This document shows, one piece after another, positions 54,675 through 64,000 of a stretch of 64,000 bases of DNA. The stretch comes from Eledone cirrhosa (taxonomy: Eukaryota). The notes beneath the pieces were generated by a model. That model was not told the origin of the DNA. It did not search any database and saw only the letters and a list, made by a program, of their open reading frames with translations. The stretch covers positions 97,340,001 through 97,404,000 of the forward strand of contig OZ024745.1 in assembly GCA_964016885.1 (NCBI GenBank), in the 5' to 3' direction. Both the position numbers and the translations under genes were made by a program. Each line of letters starts with the position of its first letter. The first letter of the stretch is position 1.

Positions 54675-55272
54675 ATTTCGTTTCTGAATTTGTTTAGCAA
54701 GATTCTTTATCTGAAAACGTGTGTTGAAACCGATATTGTTATACTTTGGGAGGGTCATGTTGACAATAAGAAACACACGCACCAGATGCTTTCACTTCAA
54801 TTTATTATAATAAATTTATAAATTTAGGAATTTATAAATTTCCGGTTGGTTGGTTGGTTCCACAACCAGATGGTTGTTTATATATTGTCAAAGTTCTTTC
54901 GTCACACATTGTGTGACCTCTTCAGTGACTGTGGATTCTTTTCTTTGTTTTTTGTGCCCCTCCTTTGTTCTGTCCTACGCCATCTTGTTTTTGTGTAGGA
55001 CAGAACAAAGGAGGGGCACAAGATGGCGTAGGACAGAACAAAGGAGGGGCACAAAAAACAAAGAAAAGAATCCCCAGTCACTGAAGAGGTCACATAATGT
55101 GTGACAAAAGAACTTTGACAATATATAAACAACCATCTGGTTGTGGAACCAACCAACCAACCGGAAATTTATAAATTCCTAAATTTATAAATATATTATA
55201 ATAAATTGAAGTGAAAGCAACTGGTGCGTGTGTTTCTTATTGGCAGCATGACACTCCCAAAGTATAACAATA
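54675..55272 (-). mobile_element. Family H HHR element with ~255-bp inverted arms
   Basis: 54733-54987 is the reverse complement of 55017-55272; further fragments at 56787-56892 and 62747-62880; TA-flanked. Confidence 0.85.
54887..54929 (-). ncRNA. Minimal hammerhead motif; mirror at 55077-55119 has G12>A
   Basis: GUCA-CUGAAGA-g-GUCACAC-aau-GUGUGAC-GAA-AG-aa-CU-U-UGAC. Confidence 0.7.
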
Positions 55273-56592
55273 TATATATATATATATATATATATTGGTG
55301 TATAATCGTAAGAAAGAGTACTCAATACATGTAGGAAGTTTATAGTTAGTTATTCACCATCTATAATACTCATAAAATACCGCATGAATTAATTCTCATC
55401 GGTTTAGTCGGGTAAACGGGTGTGGCACTGGTACTATTAGCATCAAATAGATATTTCTTGTGATTTGGCAGTTAATAATACTATACTACTACCATATAGG
55501 GAAAAGCACAGCGATTGATTGCAACTTTAACGTAATTCTACAATTGCGGGCTTGCTGTCGGTGTAGTTACTGGCTTGGTATTTGTATAAGACAATTGTTT
55601 GCGACCTAGGAAGCTATCCTCTCCCGACAAGGATAGCTGACTTTCACATTACCGATGTTGAAGGATGTGTGCTTTGCTGTTTTGCATAGATCAAAGTCAT
55701 TCTGATTGATCAATTGAACAATCCTTTGACATGCTGTTAGTCTGCAAAACGACTAGGTGTGAACCACAGAGCAGTTATTACAGACATATCATCCCTCCAC
55801 CAAGCTGAGAAATAACCATACTGTATAATCCGACAAGCAATGATGAATCATATCGGGCTGTTGTATGTGAGTCAGAACATATTGCACACGTTACAATATC
55901 CAATCTAGTTCTATATCTCCACATATTCCTGTGCTGGCTACAGTGTGTGCGTGTCAGGTGAATTCGGTTAAAGCTTGGCAATAGCTGTTTCTCTGCATAG
56001 ATTTTAGAGCTAGTGAGGCAATTTATGTCGCAAGTATATCTATGTGTTTATGGGTTAGACTGAGAGATAGAAACCATGTTTATAGGGTGTTGCTGTAGTA
56101 GTAGTTTTCTAAGGTGTTGTATAAGTGACACTGTTCGGTCTTTATGTAAGACGAGTAATTAATAGAGACAAGAATTTCCTCACTATGTTGGGGATTACAT
56201 TGATTTTATCCGGTGGTTTGAACCAACTTTCTTTCCTGCTTCTTCAATTCTAATTTCTCATTAACGCTATTTATTGTTAGAAGTTCATTATAATAGGAAA
56301 TGGATCTGTTAAAAATGTAACTGTCAGCAGATACATAGGAACTTCTATTTAAACCGTATATGAAACATATGCACGTGTACACATATAACCCCAAACCTAC
56401 ATATACGCACAAGCAATAACACCCATACCTGTACACAGGCAGACACAAACTCATAGACACGTTTACCAAGTTGATGTCTAAATTACAATGAAAGAGTCTT
56501 CTTTCTATGTTGGAAATCGGCTCTCTATATTGGTGAACATTTATAAAACAGTAAAACCAGAACACACACACATGCACACACACACACACACG

Positions 56593-56656
<64 letters not shown>

Positions 56657-56744
56657 CTCATCACGTCAATACTCATCTTTTTCCATTTCTCCGAGGGTTC
56701 TTAATAATTTCAAACCAACTCGCTGTTCCGAAAATATTCTTACT

Positions 56745-56791
<47 letters not shown>

Positions 56792-56889
56792 TGTGTTTCT
56801 TATTGGCAACAAGACCCTCCCAAAGTATAACAATATCGGTTTCAACACACGTTTTCAGATAAAGAATCTTGCTAAACAAATTCAGAAAC

Positions 56890-56975
<86 letters not shown>

Positions 56976-57565
56976 AGAGTATTGAAGTTTGCTTGAAGCA
57001 TTGTGGAATAATAAGATTTATTTTCTTTGGTCGTTTTGGAAGCCTCAACAATGCAGATGGATAAATCTCCGGGTAACAGGATCCGGTGGTGGAGAGAGAG
57101 ATGTAAGGGAATGTAGAATGAGATGTATAGTGTGTAGAGGAACGTAGGAAAGAGCGTAAAAAATAAAAATAACAACACGAGGTAGAGTTACCTTGGGAGA
57201 GATTTAATTGTCCCTATATTTCGGATTCGCATCCATCAACTGGGGGGCTTTCCGGGGGGGGGGGGTTATCTGTCGGAGAGGAACGGTACGTGTCCTCTGC
57301 TGTTCGCTGTTTGTGACTAACTGAGGTATTCTGCAGAGCGCACGTGCGCGCGGAATAGGTGCGGTCAAGCAAAGGTCGAAGCAGTTCTTTTAATTGTGGG
57401 AGTGGGCTGGTGTTAGCTGTCAATCCATTGTACTATTTATCTGTGCTGTTTTTTGGTACTAGCAGTGTAGTATAGTCGTATGTTAGTAGTCTGCCTGGTC
57501 GCTTGTTGGTCGGTGGAAGGTGGCGGTGCTACACACACAATAACAATCGTTCGAATGCCACTGTG

Positions 57566-57596
<31 letters not shown>

Positions 57597-57603
57597 TGTG
57601 TGT

Positions 57604-57684
<81 letters not shown>

Positions 57685-57699
57685 CGTGTGTTGTTGTCT

Positions 57700-59125
57700 C
57701 GTTTGTTTACACCAACCACCTCATCTCGCTTCTCTCGGATCGGTTATTTATTTGTGGCCCTAGGCGTTTCATCCAAAGTGCTTCCTTGATTCGTAACGTG
57801 CCGACGTTGCGTTCTGTCGCTAGCACTGTGGCAATGGACCTTCCGTCTTTGTTTCCGCATTTGGTTATGTGTTTCCGGAAAGACGAGGCCCTAGTGTTGA
57901 TGTGCTCCTTGATCCGGATATGTAGCGGCCGGATTGTGCTACCGATATAGTAGTGGTTGCACTTGTCACATTCTACCTTCTATACAACGTATGTGCGTAA
58001 GCAACAGTTCGGATGGCGCATCGGACAGTTTCTGAGGGAACACGCGTCAGTCGATTTCCCGGGTTTCCTGGAGAGGCATCTCCGCAGAGAGGGGACCGGG
58101 TGAGCCAGATGGATGTGGAAGCCTTCTCTACGTATAGCCCTGCGGATAGCGTTGGTGGTATTCTGGCCCAGGTGTGGTATTTTAAGGAAGCACTTGCCTT
58201 GGGTGTTTCTCTGCCTCTTGCGTCTGGTGTCTCTTACTCTGTTTGTGAGCGAGGCTGGGTACCCGTTCATCTCCAGCACTTTGAGGAATCGCTTGGTATG
58301 GGTGACACCACTCAAGGGATCGCTGCATCTGTTTTTAATTCGCGTGATCTCGTTCGTGATGTACCCTATTTTAGCACTGTTAGGGAGGGCAGACTTGTAG
58401 TAGACGAACAAGTCCCTGCAGGCTTCCTTGCGATAGAAGTTGGTGTGAATCCCTCCCTGCTCCGTGATGTTGATTCGGAAGTCGAGGAGGGCAAGTGACC
58501 CGTCGTCGCTGGGATGTTCAACACTGAAATCTATGTTCTCGCCCGTGTTGTTGAACGTCTCATAAATTCCGTTCGCCATCTCCTGGGAAGATGTCAGGAT
58601 GAGGATGTCGTCCACGTACCCTGAGAAAAAGGCGACGGCGTTGGGGTGGCAAGGGTTGAGTGCCTTGCGCTCGAGGCTGTCCATGTATGAGATCGCTAGC
58701 ACACCCGACAGGCTTGAGCCCATGGGCAGCCCCGAGGTTTGCCAGTATGTTTGGTCGAGAAAACCGAAGTACGTGTTGTCAACGACGCCGGATAGGAGTT
58801 GGTGGATGTCAGTGGGGGCGAGCCCGAAGCAGTGTAGGTCGGTAGACTGAACGCGTTCCATCAGTATATCAACGGCCGGGACTGAGGTGTAAAGAGCGAC
58901 CTCATCAAGGCTGAAGGCATATCTGTTAGCCTTTCTGGTGTCGGGACCCATTTGATGCAGGCGCTCCAACACCTCCTTGGGGCTGTTTACGTGTCCCGGC
59001 AAGGTGTCTAGTATGGGTTTGAGTATTCTGGCTAGGAGCCATGAAATTTTGTAGAGCGGTCCTTCCAAGCTCGATACAGTAGGTTTGATCTTCAGGTCGG
59101 GTCCCTGTTTGTGTGTTTTCAGCAG
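57700..59125 (-). pseudogene. PLE RT + GIY-YIG (in-frame TAG at 57980-57982)
   Basis: ORF 57980-59068 continues in frame past the TAG into the endonuclease. Confidence 0.88.
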
Positions 59126-59406
59126 ACTAGCCGCCTTCTACCACATTGCGACCAGGCAGACTACTACCATACGACTATACTACACTGCTAGTACCAAAAA
59201 CCAGCACAGATAAATAGTACAATGGATTGACAGCTAACACCAGCCCACTCCCACAATTAAAAAACTGGTTCGACCTTTGCTTGACCGCACCTTTTCCGCG
59301 CGCACGTGCGCTCTGCAGAATACCTCAGTTAGTCACAAACAGCGAACAGCAGAGGACACGTACCGTTCCTCTCCGACAGATAACTCCCCCCCCCCCCCGG
59401 GAAACC

Positions 59407-59440
59407 CCCCAGTTGATGGATGCGAATCCGAAATATAGGG
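59407..59440 (+). ncRNA. Hammerhead-like motif with non-canonical CAGUUGA core; mirror on - at 57212-57245
   Basis: CCC-CAGUUGA-u-GGAU-gcga-AUCC-GAA-AUAU-A-GGG, identical in both arms. Confidence 0.55.
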
Positions 59441-59761
59441 ACAATTAAATTTATTTTTCACGCTCTTTCCTACGTTCCTCAACACACTATACATCTCATT
59501 CTACATTCCCTTACTAATCTCTCTTCACCACCGGATCCTGTTACCCGGAGACTTTGAAAAGTGGCCATATGGAGACTTTTGAGAATATCAGAGATACAAT
59601 ACCAAACCAACGAGTAAGTAGAACGAAGGGTAAAGACTGGGAAATGTTGTATCAGACACCATCAAATTGATAAAACTAAATTATATTAGACACTTAATTC
59701 GAGGGGGAAATGGATTAGAGATATTGATAATAGAAAGCAAAATGAATGAGAAAATAAGAAA

Positions 59762-60620
59762 ATAAGGCCAGCAATTATCCAGTGTATTACTGGTACTTTA
59801 TTTTATCGACCCCGTAAGGATGAAAGGCAAAGTTAATCTCAGCGGGATTTGAACTCAGACCATAAAGGGTCGTAATTCTTTGCTGCAAAGCATGGCGTCC
59901 GACCCTCTACCGATAGAAAAAAATACATTGTGTTGATAGGTAATATCGATTTCTAATTAAGATATAAGACTATTAAGTTTAGTGGAAAGACCAAGTTAAT
60001 TAATTCAGCCCCCATGGATTGACAGTATCGGTAGAGGGTCGTACGCCATGCTTGCCAGCTTAGAGTTACGTCCCTTTATGATCTGAGTTCAAATCCCGCC
60101 GAGGTTAACTTTGCCTTTCATCCTTACGGAGTCGATAAAATAAAATACCAATAATTGTTTCCACTTTTGGCACAAGGCCATCAATTACCCAGTGCATTAC
60201 TGGTACTTTATTTTATCGACCCCGTAAGGATGAAAGGCAAAGTTAACCTGGGCGGGATTTGAACTCAGATCGTAAAGGGACGTAACTATGCTAGAAAGTA
60301 TGGCCATACTGCCAATCCACATACCAATAATGCACTGAAATAATTGCTGGTCTTGTACCAAAAGTAGAAACAATTATTTTACTGGTTGATAAAATAAAGC
60401 ACCAGTAATGCACTTGGGTCGATTTAATCAACTTTCCTTCTCCCCAAATTGCTGGCCTTGTGCCTAAAGTAGAAATCATTTACTGGTACGTTATTGTATC
60501 GACCCCGGAGGGATGAAAGGTTGAGTTAATCATGGCGACATTGCAACTCAGAATGTAAAGAACTAGAACATTGTAGAGCCTTCTATCTGGCGCTCCGCCA
60601 ATTCTGTAAATCCCACTACG
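59762..60620. mobile_element. Cluster of about 5 OK-like SINE copies in alternating orientation
   Basis: Family motifs at ~59765, 60025, 60155, 60320 and 60480. Confidence 0.75.
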
Positions 60621-60644
60621 CTAGATATAGATGGATAATATCAA

Positions 60645-60885
60645 ATGGAAGTCCCAAGATGGTTGTGGACAATATACAACAACAACGCTGCTTTCACCCT
60701 TAACGGGATCTTCTGAAGATCCCGTTAAGGGTGAAAGTGGAAGTCTCAGGATGGTTGTGGCTAGGGAGGGTGTATAACAACAACGCTAGGAGTAAGTGGA
60801 AGACCTAGGATGGTTGTGGCTAGAAACAATGTACACCATTAATGATAGGAACATATTGAAGTCCCAGGATCGTTGTGGCTAGAAA
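60645..60885. repeat. ~60-bp tandem repeat containing a 47-bp family I palindrome (60691-60737)
   Basis: gaagtcccaggatggttgtggctag units; ctttcacccttaacgggatcttc-t-gaagatcccgttaagggtgaaag. Confidence 0.7.
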
Positions 60886-61689
60886 CACTGAAACTTCTTT
60901 GTTCTATTATCTTCCATTATTAGTAAGTTTGCATATTTATGAGGATTGATCTAGATAATTACAGTTGACCGCATGAGACCCACCAGTTAAATGCTACGCA
61001 GACCTAATTAAAGCTGTTGTTCTTATAATCTTATCCATAATCCCATCTGTAATCCTACCCTTGATCTATAATCCTGAATACATGAAAGGAATCCCATATT
61101 CAGCTTATCCATTATTCTAAATTTGATAAGATAGAACAAATATAATGGATTTATCTACAAATTATGTCGTCCAAATTCGGAACAATTTCATTCGGAAAGA
61201 AATTTAAAAAAAAAGCATACACTGAAATAGATAGAAAGATGTGAAGAAAGATTGAAATTTGATGTTGATGATGGCATAAGCTTCAGGAATATTTGGCCGC
61301 CATTGCTGGCCGCTTGATAGGATATCATACTAAATGAAATGTATGGATTCGTAATATAACTGTTGAAACGTAATGAGAAGCAAGCTTACGGCTCTCTCCC
61401 TTATCTTGTATCGGAATAAATTAAATGGGGATAACGAAAACTCAGTAAAGGTTGTGGGGGGGATATGACTGCTGCTTGTGGTGATGGTGGTGGGAAGTTG
61501 GACGTACGTGAGACCACACACATTTGCATATGCACATTCATAGGCATGTATACACATACACGTATAAACACATAATTATATACGCAACATACAGATAGGC
61601 ATCAACATATATTCACTTATACTGTATATCTCTCAAATGTTGCATACATTACACGTACAGAAACACTGTTAATAGCGTAACACACGCTC

Positions 61690-62318
61690 AGACACACACA
61701 TGCAAGCATACATCTGTACACACACACACACACACACACATGCAAGCATACATCTGCACATACACACACACATATCCAAGCATACACCTTACACACACAT
61801 CCTAGCATACACCTTTACACACACATCCAAGCATACACCTTACACACACATCTAAGCATACATCTGTACACACACACACACATATCCAAGTATACACCTT
61901 TACACACACACACGTCCAAGCATACATCTGTACACACGCACACGCGTCCAAGCATACATCTGTACAAACACTCACACACACACACACACACACAGATCCA
62001 AGCATACATCTGTACACACACATCCAAGCTTACACCTTTACACACACACACACACATCCAAGTATACACCTTTACAAACACACACATCCAAGCATATATC
62101 TATACACACACACATATCCAAGCATACACCTTTACACACACACACACATCCAAGCATACATCTGTACACTCACACACATCCAAGCATACATTTGTACACT
62201 CACACTCACACACACACACACACACACATCCAAGCATACACCTTTACACACACACACATCCAAGCATACATATGTACACTCTCACACACACATACACACA
62301 CACATCCAAGCATACACC

Positions 62319-62380
<62 letters not shown>

Positions 62381-62400
62381 ACACATATCCAAGCATATCC
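61690..62400. repeat. CA-rich minisatellite
   Basis: atccaagcatacatctgtacacacac units. Confidence 0.9.
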
Positions 62401-62696
62401 ACTGCACTGAGTACTTTACTTACTGTGGTACCCCCGATTGAACTCAGGACCCACATATATATATATGAGTCCAGAATTAGCCGTCGAAACGGCTTGAGCT
62501 CTGCCGTCGGGGTCATACTTGTTCCTAAATGTATATATATATTAAAATAACAGATTAAAGTTATTAAGCAAAGAATCGTTGCTTTCGCTCTTAACGGGAT
62601 CTTCTGAAACACCTATATATATATATATATATATATAATCCTCATCGAGCCCTCTTCGGATTTTAGTCTTCACATTTATTATTATTACTATATATG

Positions 62697-62753
<57 letters not shown>

Positions 62754-62880
62754 ATACTTTGGGAGGGTCATGTTGCCAGTAAGAGACACACGCACCATGA
62801 CCCTCCCAAAGTATAACAATATCGGTTTCAACACACGTTTTCAGATAAAGAATCGTGCTAAACAAATTCAGAAACGAAAT
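62400..62880. mobile_element. Pile-up of fragments of families A, B, I and H between TA tracts
   Basis: A tail 62406-62445; B 62467-62528; I (reverse) 62545-62611; H with short inverted arm 62747-62880. Confidence 0.65.
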
Positions 62881-62899
62881 ATATATATATATATGGGGG

Positions 62900-62957
<58 letters not shown>

Positions 62958-62965
62958 ATGTATGT

Positions 62966-63045
<80 letters not shown>

Positions 63046-63857
63046 ACAGATATATAGATAGATAGTGATGTATTATATTATACTACATTCAATTAAACAA
63101 TTTCTTTTCGCATAAACTTGAAAATTCGATGAAACATATGGCCATCTGTGACTATTCTCGACATTTAACCTCCTCTTGAGTCCTTTAATTGAGAATGGCG
63201 GCTAGTACGTACTAGCCCTTTAAATATATTTGTGTGTGTCTGTGTGTGTGTGTGTGTATGTGTGCGTACATATATATTGATTTATCATTAAATATATTCA
63301 GCTGTTTAGCTGTATACACTCACACATATTTTCACATAATTATGGACATGTCCACCCATTGTCACACACATACACTGGAACACTAACGCATAAATTCACA
63401 AACACATACACACACTCACTCCCTCACTCCCTCACTCAATCACATACACTCTTGAATTCACAAATTATCTTTCCTTGCCTGTCTTTCTTTCCCTTTTTTT
63501 ATTTCACTCTCGTCTCCGTCTTTCTCTCACGCACACATAGTCACATACACACAAACAACCTAACAGGCAAACACATACACACACAAATATTATAAATGCA
63601 ATGAGTGGCGTCACGCTTCTCTGCCTCCTCTATTTTTATTAGTATCATTTTTTAGTGGCCATAGTAAGGCAGAGAGAATAGTTAATTGCTTTCTGAGCCA
63701 ATATTAAGTTCTTATATTTTGTGTGTTTATAATTTTCCCTCATTCATTATTGACGTGGTGTAAGTAAACTAGTTCCAATTGGGAAACAAAAACTGTATGA
63801 CGATATCACCTCTTGCGTATGAGACTGTTGCTGTCTTGGGCTGTTGTCGTTCGTCTG

Positions 63858-64000
63858 GGATCAGTGATCAGGGATCAGGGATCAGTTTCCAGAGCTCATC
63901 GTGAAGAGGTCGAGATCAGAGATCAGTGATCAGTTTTCAGGACTTACCGTGAAGAGGTCGTGATCAGAGATCAGTGATCAGTTTCCAGGGCTCACCGTTA
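63858..64000. repeat. ~49-bp tandem repeat running off the window
   Basis: gatcagagatcagtgatcagtttccagggctcaccgtgaagaggtc units. Confidence 0.8.

Larger units (their letters stand above)
57066..59551 (-). mobile_element. 5'-truncated Penelope-like element (second lineage, possibly Naiad-like) with inverted terminal copy of its 3' region
   Basis: SLD..ALYTSVP, QTSGLPMGSSLS, YVDD, LDFRI, FYRK; GIY-YIG VV*KVECDKCNHYYIGSTIRPLHIRIKEH...FRKH; 57066-57520 is the reverse complement of 59128-59551. Confidence 0.9.

Noticed and set aside
57980-57982. In-frame stop in the PLE endonuclease as selenocysteine recoding (known in some Naiad PLEs)
   Set aside because: The codon is TAG at the conserved Tyr of the VVY motif, not TGA at a Cys; best explained as a point mutation.

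Overview
This is AT-rich, microsatellite-dense animal genomic DNA. The SINE repertoire resembles octopus/cephalopod, which is an inference. Most long ORFs in the track are artefacts of simple repeats. Supported content: (i) two in-phase + strand exons of a WD40-repeat host gene (15538-15722, 28611-28754); (ii) a degraded ~4 kb Gypsy LTR retrotransposon; (iii) a CR1/L2-type LINE, Tx1/L1 and RTE fragments, a non-autonomous Helitron, pogo/Tigger-type MITEs, many SINEs and satellites; (iv) two Penelope-like elements (PLEs, RT + GIY-YIG) of different lineages, each with a hammerhead-ribozyme (HHR) motif in its 3' region. The most striking unexplained signal is a set of about eight unrelated short non-coding element families. 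They mostly sit in (TA)n tracts, carry minimal or variant HHR motifs (CUGAUGA, CUGAAGA, UUGAUAA, CAGAAGA cores; CAGUUGA in one PLE terminus), and are repeatedly arranged as fold-back palindromes. Some share a TATTGAGTAC tail motif. This looks like a diverse PLE-dependent, retrozyme-like system. All structures were folded by eye, no searches were run, and coordinates may be off by a few bases.
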